DNA of 64,000 bases from Nannocystis sp. (GTDB lineage: Bacteria; Myxococcota_A; Polyangia; Nannocystales; Nannocystaceae). The stretch is from assembly GCF_016714285.1 (NCBI RefSeq), contig NZ_JADJNN010000008.1, forward strand, positions 4,669-68,668, read 5' to 3'. Made by a program: the position numbers and the translations under genes. A model generated the notes under the pieces. It had not been told where the DNA came from. It saw only the letters and a list, made by a program, of their open reading frames with translations, and made no database searches. Below, one piece after another: positions 9,368 to 19,649 of the stretch (its first letter is position 1; each line of letters begins with the position of its first letter).

Positions 9368-9901
9368 ATGGCGAGGTCGGTGCATATTCTGTCGTTGCTG
9401 GACGACAGCGACATCGAGTGGTTGGTGCAGGTCGGGCTGCGCCTGAGCGTGCCGCCGGTGGCTCCGCTGGTGGAGGAGGGGCTGCGCACGCCGTTCCTCT
9501 ACATCATTCTTTCGGGGGCCTTTCTCGTGACGCAGAGCGCGACGGGGGCGACGGAGCGGTCGCTGTCGGTGATCCAGCGCGGGGAGCTGGTCGGGGAGCT
9601 GTCGTATCTCGACGCGCGGCCGCCGTCGGCGACGGTGCGGGCGGCCCGGGCCTCGCAGGTGCTGGCGGTGGCGCGCTCGGAGGTCGCGCGCAGGCTGCAG
9701 ACGGACGTCGGGTTCGCGGCCCGCTTCTACCGGGCGCTGGGGATCACGGTGGCGATGCGGCTGCGGGCCCTGACGCGCGGCGAGCCGGAGGACGAGCCGG
9801 ACCTCGAGCAGCTCGGGCTGGTGACGGTGGACGAGCGGCGCTTCGAGGCGATCATGCGCCGGCTGGAGGGGCTCCCAGGCGACGCAGACGCAGCGAGTTG
9901 A
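9368..9901 (+). CDS. cyclic nucleotide-binding domain protein
   Basis: 177-aa ORF starting at ATG 9368. cNMP-binding fold pattern ([12 protein letters not shown]...[23 protein letters not shown]). High GC3. Confidence 0.7.
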   Translation: MARSVHILSLLDDSDIEWLVQVGLRLSVPPVAPLVEEGLRTPFLYIILSGAFLVTQSATGATERSLSVIQRGELVGELSYLDARPPSATVRAARASQVLAVARSEVARRLQTDVGFAARFYRALGITVAMRLRALTRGEPEDEPDLEQLGLVTVDERRFEAIMRRLEGLPGDADAAS

Positions 9902-12323
9902 GCACGACGGTGAGGCTGCTGAGGGCCATCGCCAGGGCGGCGAGGGCGGGGTGGAGCGCGCGCAGGAAGCCCGGGGCGGCGGCGATCGGGTAGAGGGCGC
10001 CGGCGGCCACCGGGATCAGGACGAGGTTGTAGATCGAGGCCCACAGCAGGTTCTGGCGGACCACGGCGAGGGTGCGGCGCGACAGCTCCAGGGCCTCGGG
10101 CAGGCCGCGGAGGTCGCTGCGCATGAGGGTGAGGTCGGCGGCGTGGATCGCGACCTCGGCGCCGCTGCCCATGGCGACGCCGAGGTCGGCCTGGGCCAGG
10201 GCGGGGCCGTCGTTGATGCCGTCGCCGACCATGCCGACCGGGCCGTCCCGCTGGAGCGTGACGATCGCGGCGGCCTTGTCGGCCGGGAGCACGCCGGCGA
10301 TCACGTCGGCGGCGGGGATGCCGGCCTGGGCGGCGATGGCGATGGCGACCTGGCGGTGGTCGCCGGTCAGCATGAGCACGCGCAGGCCGGCGCGGCGCAG
10401 GGTGGCGACGGCCTCGGCGGCCTCGGGGCGCAGGGCGTCGGCCAGGGCGAGCAGGCCGAGCAGGGCGCCGTCGCGGGCCAGCCAGACGAGGGTCTGCGGG
10501 GCCTGCAGGGCGGCGGCGGGGAGGGCGAGGAGGGCGGGTGTCGCTTGGGACAGGTGGGTGGCGGTGGCGGTGGATGTCCCGGCGGACAGGTCGGGTGTCG
10601 CTTGGGACAGGTGGGTGGCGGCTGTCCCGGGGGACAGGTTTGATGTCTCTTGGGACAGGTTGATCGTGGCGCTGGCGGTGGCTGTCCCGGCGGACAGGTC
10701 GGCGGCGAGGGCGGTGAGGGCGGTGGTGTCGACGTGGTTGCTGGTGAGCCAGCGTTCGCTGCCGATGAGGAGGTCGTGGCCGCCGACGCGGGTGCGCAGG
10801 CCGTGGCCGCCGACGGCGCGGAGGTTGTCGCTGGCGGGGAGTTCGAGGCCGGCGTCGCGGGCGGCGGTGACGATCGCGCGGGCGAGCGGGTGCTCGCTGC
10901 GCTGCTCGGCGGCGGCGGCGAGGCGGAGGAGCTCGCGCGGGTCGACGCCGGGGGCGGGCGCGAGGGCGCTGAGCGTGGGGCGGCCGCGGGTGAGGGTGCC
11001 GGTCTTGTCGAGGACGAGGGTGCGCAGGGCCTGGGCTCGCTCGAGCGCGGCCATGTTCTTGAACAGGACGCCGCGGCGGGCGGCGGCGCCGGTGCCGACG
11101 ACGATCGCGGTCGGGGTGGCGAGGCCGAGGGCGCAGGGGCAGGCGATCACGAGGACGGCGACGGCGCGCAGGAGGGCCGCGCCGGCGCCCTGGTCGGCGA
11201 GCAGCCACCACAGCGTGAAGGTGAGGCCGGCGAGGGCGAGGACGACGGGGACGAACACGGCGGCGACGCGGTCGACCAGGCGCTGCACGGGGGCCTTGCT
11301 GGCCTGGGCGGCGCGGACGAGGCGGACGATCTGGGCCAGGGCCGTGGCTGCGCCGACGCGGGTGGCCTCGATCTCGAGGGCGCCGTCGCCGTTGACGGTG
11401 GCGCCGGTGACGGGGTCGCCGGTGGTCTTGCCGACGGGGCGGCTCTCGCCGGTCAGCATGCTCTCGTCGACCTCGGAGGCGCCGCTGCGGACGACGCCGT
11501 CGACCGGGATCGCGGCGCCAGGGGCGACCAACACGGTGTCGCGGACCCGGACCTCTGCGGCGGGGATCTCGAGCTCGTGGCCGTCGCGGCGGACCCGGGC
11601 GGTGGCGGGGCGGAGCGCGAGCAGGGCCCGGATCGCGGCGCCGGCCTGGCCGCGGGCGCGGGTCTCGAGCAGGCGGCCGACGCCCACGAGGGTGATGATC
11701 GCGGCGGAGGTCTCGAAGTGGACGTGGTGGCCGAGAGCGTGGCTGCCGAGGGACTCGGCGACGACCACCGGGACGCTGGCGAGGAAGGCCACGCCGGCGC
11801 CGAGGCTGATCAGGACGTCCATGGTGGCGGCGCGGGCCTTGAGCGCGTGCCAGGCCCCGCGCAGGTGCGGCGCGCCGGTGTAGGCGAGGACCGGCAGGGC
11901 GAGCGCCAGCAGGAGCCACAGGAGCCACGGGGCGGCCGTCCAGGCGCCGAGCAGGTCGAAGTCGCGGCCCATACCGAGGACCATCAGCGGGGCGGTGCAG
12001 GCGATCCCGACGAGGACGCGGCGGCGCTGACTGGCGAGCTCGGCGGCGCGGGCCAGCAGCTCGGCATCGTCGCCGCCCTCGCTGCCCGCGATCACGCTGT
12101 AGCCGGCGGCCTCGACGGCGGCGACCAGCTCACCGCGAGTGACTGTGCCGGGGGTCGCCAGGTGCACGCGGGCGGTCTCACTGGCGAAGTTGACGGCGGC
12201 CGCGGCGACGCCGGGGACGCTGGTGAGCGCGCGTTCGACGGTGTTCGCACAGTTGGCGCAGCGCAGCCCGGCGATCGCCAGCTCGAACTCGGGGTCGTCG
12301 GCGGCGGGCACGGAGCCGAGCAT
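9852..12323 (-). CDS. heavy-metal-translocating P-type ATPase (CopA-like) with N-terminal HMA domain; carries an in-frame low-complexity insertion in the N-domain
   Basis: 823-aa ORF. CxxC metal-binding motif ([12 protein letters not shown]), CPC motif ([11 protein letters not shown]), DKTGTLT phosphorylation motif, [10 protein letters not shown] hinge. A 70-80 aa Ser/Thr/Ala-rich insertion (LSQET/LSAGT repeats) is encoded by the GGACAGGT repeat array at 10540-10720. Confidence 0.9.
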   Translation of the reverse strand: MLGSVPAADDPEFELAIAGLRCANCANTVERALTSVPGVAAAAVNFASETARVHLATPGTVTRGELVAAVEAAGYSVIAGSEGGDDAELLARAAELASQRRRVLVGIACTAPLMVLGMGRDFDLLGAWTAAPWLLWLLLALALPVLAYTGAPHLRGAWHALKARAATMDVLISLGAGVAFLASVPVVVAESLGSHALGHHVHFETSAAIITLVGVGRLLETRARGQAGAAIRALLALRPATARVRRDGHELEIPAAEVRVRDTVLVAPGAAIPVDGVVRSGASEVDESMLTGESRPVGKTTGDPVTGATVNGDGALEIEATRVGAATALAQIVRLVRAAQASKAPVQRLVDRVAAVFVPVVLALAGLTFTLWWLLADQGAGAALLRAVAVLVIACPCALGLATPTAIVVGTGAAARRGVLFKNMAALERAQALRTLVLDKTGTLTRGRPTLSALAPAPGVDPRELLRLAAAAEQRSEHPLARAIVTAARDAGLELPASDNLRAVGGHGLRTRVGGHDLLIGSERWLTSNHVDTTALTALAADLSAGTATASATINLSQETSNLSPGTAATHLSQATPDLSAGTSTATATHLSQATPALLALPAAALQAPQTLVWLARDGALLGLLALADALRPEAAEAVATLRRAGLRVLMLTGDHRQVAIAIAAQAGIPAADVIAGVLPADKAAAIVTLQRDGPVGMVGDGINDGPALAQADLGVAMGSGAEVAIHAADLTLMRSDLRGLPEALELSRRTLAVVRQNLLWASIYNLVLIPVAAGALYPIAAAPGFLRALHPALAALAMALSSLTVVLNSLRLRRLGAPPAGA
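10540..10720. repeat. intragenic array of GGGACAGGT / TGTCCCGGCGGACAGG repeat units inside the P-type ATPase gene
   Basis: Direct repeats of gtcgcttgggacaggtgggtggcgg (x2), tgtcccggcggacaggtcgg (x2) and related units read directly in sequence. Confidence 0.85.
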
Positions 12324-12403
12324 ATCGCCGAGTCGGCGGCGGGGTGAGCGCGGCGTGTGAAATTGCTGGACGTGCTGGTGGGGTCGCGGCGATCGTCACG
12401 CCG

Positions 12404-13219
12404 ATGCATCGCATTTCGGTCGCGGCCTTGTTGTTGTTCGCGTGCGGACCCTCGGGCGGCAAGGACCCGTCCTCGACGAGCGAGACCGGCGAGTCCGCGA
12501 CGGCGACGGGCGGGTCGACGACGGTGACGGGCGGGTCGACGACGATGACGCCGACGAGCGACGGGACCGGCGCGACGAGCGACGGGACCGGCGCGGCGAG
12601 CGAGGGGACTGGCGAGACCGCGGGGGTGGATTGCTCGCCGGTCGGGCTGGACGCGTGCCCGGTGACGCAGTGCATCGAGCGCTGGGCCTTCGAGTGCCCG
12701 GGCTGCGGTGTGGAGGTTAACCCGGTGACCTGCTTCGAGATCGATGTCGGCTGCGCCTACCCGCTGCAGAATTGTCCGCTGGCGACGCCCTGCGATCGGG
12801 TGTGGGGGATGGGCTACGACGCGATCGAGGCGTTCGAGAGCGAGGCGGCGGCGCTGTGCATGTTGACGGCGCTGCGCGACGGGACGCCCGGCAGGTTCGA
12901 GGTGCTGTGGGGCGAGATGGGCGACGAGGGCATCAACTACATGCAGGTGTACAGCGGGGGCAAGGGCACGGTGCTGATCGAGTGGGAGGTGGACTGTCAG
13001 GGCTGCCCGGAGTCGGGGGCGGTCGGTCGCTCGGGCCAGCTGACCCTTCAGCCAGGTAGCTACTTCGACGACTGTCTGGCGGCGCCGGACACCGCGTCGC
13101 TGATCCAGTGCGTGTTTGGCTTCGTCGACTTCGCCGCCGGTCAGCCGCCGCCGGACGCCTACGCGCCGCCGTTCACGACCGGCGAGTGCGCGTCGCTGGA
13201 TCTGAGCTGCCCGACCTGA
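12404..13219 (+). CDS. hypothetical Cys-rich lipoprotein
   Basis: ATG 12404 gives MHRISVAALLLFACGPSGG (lipobox LFAC). Ser/Thr/Gly-rich linker, then a Cys-rich globular domain. The ORF track allows an earlier start at 12344. Confidence 0.6.
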   Translation: MHRISVAALLLFACGPSGGKDPSSTSETGESATATGGSTTVTGGSTTMTPTSDGTGATSDGTGAASEGTGETAGVDCSPVGLDACPVTQCIERWAFECPGCGVEVNPVTCFEIDVGCAYPLQNCPLATPCDRVWGMGYDAIEAFESEAAALCMLTALRDGTPGRFEVLWGEMGDEGINYMQVYSGGKGTVLIEWEVDCQGCPESGAVGRSGQLTLQPGSYFDDCLAAPDTASLIQCVFGFVDFAAGQPPPDAYAPPFTTGECASLDLSCPT

Positions 13220-13236
13220 GGGTCGCGGGCGCGGGC

Positions 13237-13956
13237 TCAGGTGCAGTAGTTGCCGTTCATGTTGTTGGGCAGGGCGAGGCCGGTGCAGGCCATGCCGATC
13301 GGGCAGTCGGCGACGCCGGTGCACTTGAGGGCGCACACCTTCTGCGCCGGGTTCAGGCTGATCGTCAGGCACTCCTGGACGGCGGGGGCCTTGGGCGCGG
13401 GGCCGCAGTCGGCGACCTGGTTGCACAGCAGGGTGCAGTAGCCGTCGATGACCTTCATCGTCATGGCGTCGGTGATCGTGAAGCAGCCGTCGGTGAGGTT
13501 GACGTTGCAGGGGGTGTTGTCGAGGCAGGACTCGTAGAGGCCGTCGGCGGGCTGCGGGTCCTTCGGGTCGGGTGGGTCGCCGGTGGTGGTGCTGGGGTCG
13601 ACGTTGGTGGTGCTGGGGTCGACGCCGGTGGTGGTGCTGGGGTCGACGTTGGTGGTGCTGGGGTCGACGCCGGTGGTGGTGCTGGGGTCGACGCCGGTGG
13701 TGGTGACGGGGTCGCTGCTGGTCTCGCCGGGGCCCTGGGTGGTCGCGCTGACCTCACCGGTGGTGACGCCGCCGGTCTCGCCGCCGGTGGCGCTGGGGTC
13801 GGAGCTGGCCTGGGTGGGCTGGCTGGCGCTGATGCTGCTGGAGAAGCCGGAGACGTTGGACTTGTCGTCGCCGCAGGCGCTGGCCAGCGAGAGCAGGGAG
13901 ACGAGCGCGACGGAGCCTCGCAGGCGGTGAGCGGACGATAAGTAGTGCATTGTCAA
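13237..13956 (-). CDS. hypothetical lipoprotein with Thr-rich VDPSTTTG tandem repeats and C-terminal Cys-rich domain
   Basis: 239-aa ORF. Signal peptide with lipobox LASAC. Six copies of the (V/G)DPSTT(T)G repeat encoded by the 13583-13700 tandem repeats. C-terminal domain with 10 Cys. Confidence 0.65.
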   Translation of the reverse strand: MTMHYLSSAHRLRGSVALVSLLSLASACGDDKSNVSGFSSSISASQPTQASSDPSATGGETGGVTTGEVSATTQGPGETSSDPVTTTGVDPSTTTGVDPSTTNVDPSTTTGVDPSTTNVDPSTTTGDPPDPKDPQPADGLYESCLDNTPCNVNLTDGCFTITDAMTMKVIDGYCTLLCNQVADCGPAPKAPAVQECLTISLNPAQKVCALKCTGVADCPIGMACTGLALPNNMNGNYCT

Positions 13957-14028
13957 CGACCCTCCGGGGGCGCGCCTGATCTGCGAGCGCCAGCCTCGCT
14001 TTGTCTTATCGACAACGCGAGCGCAGCG

Positions 14029-15615
14029 TCAAGCGGGAACTCGCGGGGCCGGGGCGGGGGCCGGAGCCGGGGCCTTGCGGCGGCGCAGCCACAACTGCCG
14101 ACAGGCGCGCAGGGCCAGGAGCAAGGCCAGCAGGAAGCAGGCGGCCCGGCCCTGGACCAGCAGCATGCTGGCGAGGCCGGTGCTGCTCGGCATCAGCGGC
14201 GGCGTGGCGAACAGGAGGGCGTCCGGGGCGCGACAGAGGACCAGGGCGGCGAGGGTGATGAGGGCCCAGGGGACCAGGGCGGCGCGCAGCAGGGCAGCGT
14301 CGCTGCAGTCCCAGCGCCACACGGCGACGCCGGCGAGGACCAGCAGGCCGAGCAGACCGGGGCCGCTGGCGTAGAGCATGGCCTGACCCTGCGGCGGGTA
14401 GACGGCGGGGTTGGAGAGCGAGGGCCAGCCGCACTCGGCGGTCACGCCGAGGAGGGCGAGCAGGAGCCAGCCGACGCCGAGGGCGGGCGGGAGCCAGCGC
14501 GGGCCGCCGAGCGGCGGTGAGAGCAGGGCGAGGCGGCTGGTCCATGGGACATGGTGCGAACGACCTGTCCTCAGGGACAGGCTGGCGAGGATGATGATGA
14601 GGCCGGCGACGGTCCAGCGCAGCGGGCCGGGGCGGGGGATCGTGGCGCCGCGGGCGGGGTCCTGGAGGGCGGCGGCGAGGGGCCGGCCGCGGGCCTCGGG
14701 GTGGAGCTCGGCACTGAGGGCGTCGGCGAGGGCGCGGGACAGGTCGACCAGGTGGACCAGCGCGGGCAGGCCGGGGGCCACGGCGCCGCCGAACAGGCAG
14801 GCGCGGACGATGCGGATCTCCGGCTCGGCGCCGCCGTGGCCCCCGGCGGCGCGGTGACCGTGATCGGAGAGCACGAGCCAGAGGGTGCCGGGGTCGGAGG
14901 GGGCGGCGGTGTGGAGGACGCCGAGGAGGCTGTCGGCCCACGCGGCCGCGGTCGCGTAGTCGAGGGAGGCGGCGCCGCTGCGGTGGCCGGCCTCGTCGAC
15001 GCGCAGGACGTGGACGAACGCGAGGCGGGCCGGCGAGGTGACGGCGGCGTGGGCGGTGGGGATGAAGTCGTGGGCGCGCCAGTTGGGCAGGTCGTCGGAG
15101 GTGGGGTCGTCGCTCGCGTCCCATTGCGGCAGGGCGCGGCTGAAGCCGAAGGCGTGGACGATCTCCGGGTGCGATTCGGCGACGGCGACGCTGTCGACCT
15201 GACGCGGGAGCGCGGCGCGGGGCGGCTCGGGGAGGCCGCCGACGTGGTACTGCACGCCCGACTGCTGCTGCGTGCGCCCGGTCCACAGGACGTGCTGCAC
15301 GGGCAGGGAGACGGTCGGGAAGCCGACGTCGACGTGGAGCTCCTGGCCGCGGGCGCACAGCTCGGAGAGGTGCGGGAGGCCGGCGGCGTGGCTGCGCGAG
15401 AGGCCGTCGAGGAGGACGACGCGGACGCGGACGACTGGTTCGACGCCGGCGCCGATCGGGGCGCGCGGCCACACCGGGGCGTCGTCGGCGACGGCGCCGT
15501 CGACGAAGAACTGGCGGATGAAGGCGCGACGCCCGGCGCCGATGCCGAGGCCCGCGAGCACGAGCGCGAGCAGCAGGAGGCCGCGGAGCGCGAGGGTGCG
15601 GGCGAGGAAGGTCAT
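14029..15615 (-). CDS. alkaline-phosphatase-superfamily membrane protein (type I phosphodiesterase/nucleotide pyrophosphatase-like; PigN/PigO-like phosphoethanolamine-transferase architecture)
   Basis: ATG 15615 (MTFLARTLALRGLLLLALVLAGL, an N-terminal TM helix). Motifs VVLLDGLS, VDEAGH, LVLSDHGH typical of the AP/PF01663 family, followed by several C-terminal TM helices. The upstream extension to 15888 in the ORF track is Arg/Pro-rich and was rejected. Confidence 0.75.
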   Translation of the reverse strand: MTFLARTLALRGLLLLALVLAGLGIGAGRRAFIRQFFVDGAVADDAPVWPRAPIGAGVEPVVRVRVVLLDGLSRSHAAGLPHLSELCARGQELHVDVGFPTVSLPVQHVLWTGRTQQQSGVQYHVGGLPEPPRAALPRQVDSVAVAESHPEIVHAFGFSRALPQWDASDDPTSDDLPNWRAHDFIPTAHAAVTSPARLAFVHVLRVDEAGHRSGAASLDYATAAAWADSLLGVLHTAAPSDPGTLWLVLSDHGHRAAGGHGGAEPEIRIVRACLFGGAVAPGLPALVHLVDLSRALADALSAELHPEARGRPLAAALQDPARGATIPRPGPLRWTVAGLIIILASLSLRTGRSHHVPWTSRLALLSPPLGGPRWLPPALGVGWLLLALLGVTAECGWPSLSNPAVYPPQGQAMLYASGPGLLGLLVLAGVAVWRWDCSDAALLRAALVPWALITLAALVLCRAPDALLFATPPLMPSSTGLASMLLVQGRAACFLLALLLALRACRQLWLRRRKAPAPAPAPAPRVPA

Positions 15616-15761
15616 CCGCGGCGAGGGTAGGCGATCGGGCGCGGGATGTCGCCGCTGCGGGGAGCGCACGCCAGAAGCGGGCAGGCGATCGGGCGCGGGA
15701 TGCGGGGAGCGCGGGGCGGTGAGACGTTGAGTGCTGGGGTCGGGCGGTGGAGCCGACGGAT

Positions 15762-16709
15762 TCAGCGCTTCTGCGGGTGGGCCTGGAACCACGCGACGGT
15801 GGCCGCGACGGCGCGCTCGTGGGGCGTGACCTCGGCGCCGAAGGCTCGCTCGAACTTGGCGTGGCTGAACTGGTAGGGGCGCTCCCACTGGTAGAGGAGC
15901 TCGGAGAGCTCGCGCATGACGGGGATGAAGAGGCCGAGGATCTTGAACACGGCGCCGGGGGCCTCGCCGAGCTTCGGGGGCTTGCCGGCGGCCTGGAAGA
16001 TCAGGGTGAGGAGCTCGCGCTGGGTCAGGGTCGGGGCGCAGGGGAGGTGCCAGACCTGGCCCATGGCCTCCTCGTGGCTGCCGAGGGTGATGAGGCCGCG
16101 GGCGAAGTCGTCGAGGTAGATGAACGTGTGGGGCAGGTCGAGCTTGCCCATGACGGCGACCTTCTTGCCGGCGATCGCGGGGTAGAAGACGCGGTCGCCG
16201 TAGATGGTTGTGGTGGTAGCGAGCGGGCCGTAGAAGTCGGGGGCGCGGCCGATCGCGGCGCGCAGCTTGCCGGCGGCGTGGGCCTCGAGGAGCATGTTGG
16301 ACATCTCGGCGCGCAGGCGGCCCTTGCGGGTGGTGGCGGCGTACGGGAGGTCCTCCGTCATCGGGCCGGCGACGGGGCCGTAGGCGTAGACGCTCTCGGC
16401 GCTGACGAGGCGGGCGCCCCTGGCCTCGGCGGCGGCCATGACCCCGCGCTGGATCGGCGGGTAGAGCTCGGCCCAGCGGGTGTAGTCGGGGGCGGCGGTG
16501 TGGTAGAGGACGGCGGCGCCGTGGGCCGCTTTGGTGGCGGCGGCGGGGTCGGAGGCGTCGGCGCGGACGACCTCGACGCCGGCCGGGGCCTGCAGGTTGC
16601 CGCCGCGGCTGACCATTCGGACAGGTAGGTCGCGGGCCACGAGCTGGCGCATGATCGCCTGGCCGAGAGCGGCCGACCCGAACACCACGTGGAGGCCCTG
16701 GCTTGTCAT
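15762..16709 (-). CDS. NAD(P)-dependent epimerase/dehydratase (SDR/NmrA-like)
   Basis: Start at ATG 16709 (MTSQGLHVVFGSAALGQAIMRQL, a Rossmann GxxGxxG-type N-terminus). 315 aa, high GC3. Confidence 0.8.
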   Translation of the reverse strand: MTSQGLHVVFGSAALGQAIMRQLVARDLPVRMVSRGGNLQAPAGVEVVRADASDPAAATKAAHGAAVLYHTAAPDYTRWAELYPPIQRGVMAAAEARGARLVSAESVYAYGPVAGPMTEDLPYAATTRKGRLRAEMSNMLLEAHAAGKLRAAIGRAPDFYGPLATTTTIYGDRVFYPAIAGKKVAVMGKLDLPHTFIYLDDFARGLITLGSHEEAMGQVWHLPCAPTLTQRELLTLIFQAAGKPPKLGEAPGAVFKILGLFIPVMRELSELLYQWERPYQFSHAKFERAFGAEVTPHERAVAATVAWFQAHPQKR

Positions 16710-16943
16710 CGAGGCTCCCATATCACGATCGCCGGGCGGCCGGCAGCAGGGGCGGGAGGGGCATGTGCGAGCGCGTGCCGTGGCGCCAGGGCCGAGCGAG
16801 GTGGGCGCTCGCGTGGGGTGGCCGCTGGACGGCGTTTCTCGGGGGTGTGGGCTCGCAGGCGCGGACTGGCAGCGATCGCGCCCGCGGCTGCGGGGCGGCC
16901 GATCTCAGGGGCGGCGCATCAGCAGCGCCGGACATCCCGGATC

Positions 16944-18362
16944 TCAGCCGCGCCGCATCAGCAGCAAGTACGCCGCGCCGGACACCAGGACCCCCGAGAA
17001 CCACGCCCCCTGGAACAGGAACAGCGCGCCAGGGATGAGCTTGCCGGCGAGGACGACGGCGACGCCGAGCAGCATCGCGGCGATGGCCTTGAGGTTAAAT
17101 CCACGGGTATAGCGATAGGGGCCGCGGCTGTCGTAGAGGCCGTCCAGGTCGAGCTGGGTGCGGCGCAATAGCCAATAGTCGGCGAGCAGGACGCCGCTGA
17201 CGGAGCCGAGCAGGCCGGAGTAGCTGACGAGCCAGCCGATGTACATATCGAGGACCAGCCAGGGGCAGAGCAGGACGCCGAGGACGGCGGCGATGAGGCC
17301 GCCGCTGCGGAACGAGACGCGGCGGGGGAAGGCGCTGGCGATCGAGTTGGCGGGGCCGACGACGTTGGCGGCGATGTTGGTGGACAAGGTGGCGACGGCG
17401 AGTGTGAACATTGCGACGAAGGCGAGCAGGGGGCTATCGGCGTCGTGGGCCAGGCGGACGACGAGGTCGACGGGGTTCCAGATCGCGTGGCCGTAGAGCA
17501 GGACGGTGGCGGAGGTGACGGCGACGCCGATGAAGCTAAACAGCAGCATGGTGGTCGGCAGGCCGTAGAGCTGGCCGAGCAGCTGCTCGCGCTGGTCCTT
17601 GCAATAGCGGGTGAAGTCGGGAATGTTGAGCGAGAGGGTGGCCCAGAAGCCGACCATGGCGGTGAGGCCGGGGAGGAACACGTGGATAAACCAGGACAGG
17701 CCGCTGTACTCGGATTCAGTGACGAGGCTCGCTGAATGGGCGAGGATCGTGCCGAGGCCGCCAGCGGCGCTGACGGCCCAGCCGAGCAGGGCGAGGCCGA
17801 CGACGATGAGGAAGGGGGCGGCGAAGTTCTCGAGCCATTTGATTGAGTCGGTGCCGCGCCACACGAACACGACGTTCATGAGCCAGAAGGCGACGAAGCA
17901 GATCCAGCTCGGGAGGGTCAGGCTGATGAAGGTCGCGCCGCCGCCGAGGGTGAGCCATCCGGGCCAGAGGATGCCGACCATGGCGGAGATGGCCTCGCCG
18001 CCGATGTACGTCTGGATGCCGAACCAGCCGCAGGCGACCAGGGCGCGGGCGAGGCTCGGGACGTGGGCCCCGAACACGCCGAAGGAGGCGCGGGCGAACA
18101 CGGGGAAGGGGACGCCGTAGCGGGTGCCGGCGTGGCCGCAGAGGATCATCGGCACCAGCACGACGAGGTTGCCGAGCAGGATCGCCAGCATGGCCTGCCA
18201 CCAATTCATGCCGCTGTCGACCAGCGAGGCGGCCATCATGTAAGTCGGGACGCACACGGCCATGCCGACCCACAGGGCGGCGAGGTGCCAGCGGTTCCAG
18301 GTCCGCTCGTCGGGGCGGGTGGGCGCGAGGTCGGGGTTGTGGAGGACCGGGTCGGTGGTCAT
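16944..18362 (-). CDS. NCS1-family nucleobase:cation symporter (cytosine/purine/uracil/allantoin permease family)
   Basis: 12-TM hydrophobic ORF with NCS1-like segments (WNRWHLAALWVGMAV..., GFNLKAIAAMLLG). Start taken at the second ATG (18362, MTTDPVLHNPDL...). The first (18437) lies in a tandem duplication of the 5' end. Confidence 0.85.
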   Translation of the reverse strand: MTTDPVLHNPDLAPTRPDERTWNRWHLAALWVGMAVCVPTYMMAASLVDSGMNWWQAMLAILLGNLVVLVPMILCGHAGTRYGVPFPVFARASFGVFGAHVPSLARALVACGWFGIQTYIGGEAISAMVGILWPGWLTLGGGATFISLTLPSWICFVAFWLMNVVFVWRGTDSIKWLENFAAPFLIVVGLALLGWAVSAAGGLGTILAHSASLVTESEYSGLSWFIHVFLPGLTAMVGFWATLSLNIPDFTRYCKDQREQLLGQLYGLPTTMLLFSFIGVAVTSATVLLYGHAIWNPVDLVVRLAHDADSPLLAFVAMFTLAVATLSTNIAANVVGPANSIASAFPRRVSFRSGGLIAAVLGVLLCPWLVLDMYIGWLVSYSGLLGSVSGVLLADYWLLRRTQLDLDGLYDSRGPYRYTRGFNLKAIAAMLLGVAVVLAGKLIPGALFLFQGAWFSGVLVSGAAYLLLMRRG

Positions 18363-18433
18363 TGGCGCGCTGCGCTCGTGGTGGAGGACCGGGTCGGTGG
18401 TCGGGCACGCTCGTGGTGGCGGACCGGGGATGG

Positions 18434-19174
18434 TCACGGGCAGTTCTGGACCGGGAGGTCAGTGACCTGCATCGGCTCGCTGGCGGGCACCCAGGGCATG
18501 TCTTGCGGGAAGTCGAGGGTGAGGTCGAGGTCGACTGTGTGCGGGCAGCCGAGCATCGGGTCGATGATGAAGTCGACGGTGCCAGCGCCGGCGATCGCGG
18601 CGACGCCCATGTTGCCAGGCATGCCGTCGAGGCAACCGGCGACGCCCTGGGTGATGTTGGCGTTCTGGGCGCCCCACTCGGCGGGGGCGACGATCTTGAG
18701 GTTGGGGTCGCCTTGCGTGGGGTGGGCGACGTGGAGCGTGGTGCAGCGATCGTTCACCACGTCGGCCTTGTGGATCAGGACGTGGTCGAGGCCGCCGGCG
18801 AAGAAGAAGGCGGCGTACTGGGCGTCGAGGTCGACGCCGGTGGTGGTGTCGGTGGTGCTGGTCGTGGTGCTGGTCTCACCGGTGGTGCTGGTCTCACCGG
18901 TGGTGGCGTCGCTGGTGGCGGCGTGGGTGGTGATGCTGGCGTGCGTAGTGGCGAGGCCAGTGTCGTGGCCGGTGTCGTGGCCGCTGTCGGTGGTGGTCGA
19001 CGGGGTGGTGTCGCTCGAGAGCGGGCTGGTCGGGACGTCGCCGGTGTCGTCGGGGGTCGTGGTGACGTCGGTGGCGCCGGCGGTGCTGCTGGTGCCGGCG
19101 GTCTCGCCGGTGCTGTCGGCCTTGTCGGGGCCGCAGGCGGCGAGGAGGGGCAGAACCAGGAGAAGGCGAGTCAT
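18434..19174 (-). CDS. hypothetical lipoprotein with Thr/Ser-rich linker
   Basis: MTRLLLVLPLLAACG (lipobox LAAC). T/S/D-rich low-complexity region, then a C-terminal globular domain ending in CP. Confidence 0.65.
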   Translation of the reverse strand: MTRLLLVLPLLAACGPDKADSTGETAGTSSTAGATDVTTTPDDTGDVPTSPLSSDTTPSTTTDSGHDTGHDTGLATTHASITTHAATSDATTGETSTTGETSTTTSTTDTTTGVDLDAQYAAFFFAGGLDHVLIHKADVVNDRCTTLHVAHPTQGDPNLKIVAPAEWGAQNANITQGVAGCLDGMPGNMGVAAIAGAGTVDFIIDPMLGCPHTVDLDLTLDFPQDMPWVPASEPMQVTDLPVQNCP

Positions 19175-19232
19175 GAGCCCGGGTGTACGCCGGGCGGCCG
19201 CGGGCTGTCCACGGGGCCGACGAAGCAGGACG

Positions 19233-19646
19233 TCAGGGGCACACGCAGCGGACCTTGTCGCCGCCGTTCGGGACCTTGCCGGTCTGGCCGCAGTCGAGGT
19301 CGTAGCGGGCGCCGGTACAGCGTTGGGCGCCCTTCCCGTCGGGGCTGCAGGCGGAGTACATCTCGACGCAGCCGTCGCCGAGGCCGGGGCGCGGGTGGAG
19401 GTCGCGGTGGCCGGCGAGCGGAGGGGGCGGGGCGGCGGGCGGTGGAGTTGGTGGGGTTTCGGCGAGCGGGGGTGGGGGTGTCGGAGGCGTCGGTGGGGTT
19501 TCGGCGATTGGGGGTGGTGGTGTCGGAGGCGTCGGTGGGGTGGGTGCGGTCGGGGTTGTCGGTGGCGTCGGGGCGGCGGGCTTGGTCGGCTCGGTCGGGG
19601 CGGTGCAGGCGAGGAGCAGGGCGCCGAGGAGGAGGAGGCGGTGCAT
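19233..19646 (-). CDS. Pro/Thr-rich lipoprotein with C-terminal Cys-rich domain
   Basis: Start ATG 19646 (MHRLLLLGALLLAC, lipobox LLAC). PTPPTPP repeats encoded by ~45-bp tandem repeats at 19440-19560. C-terminal domain with 6 Cys. The longer upstream ORF to 19991 is low-GC3 and was rejected. Confidence 0.55.
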   Translation of the reverse strand: MHRLLLLGALLLACTAPTEPTKPAAPTPPTTPTAPTPPTPPTPPPPIAETPPTPPTPPPPLAETPPTPPPAAPPPPLAGHRDLHPRPGLGDGCVEMYSACSPDGKGAQRCTGARYDLDCGQTGKVPNGGDKVRCVCP

Positions 19647-19649
19647 GGT

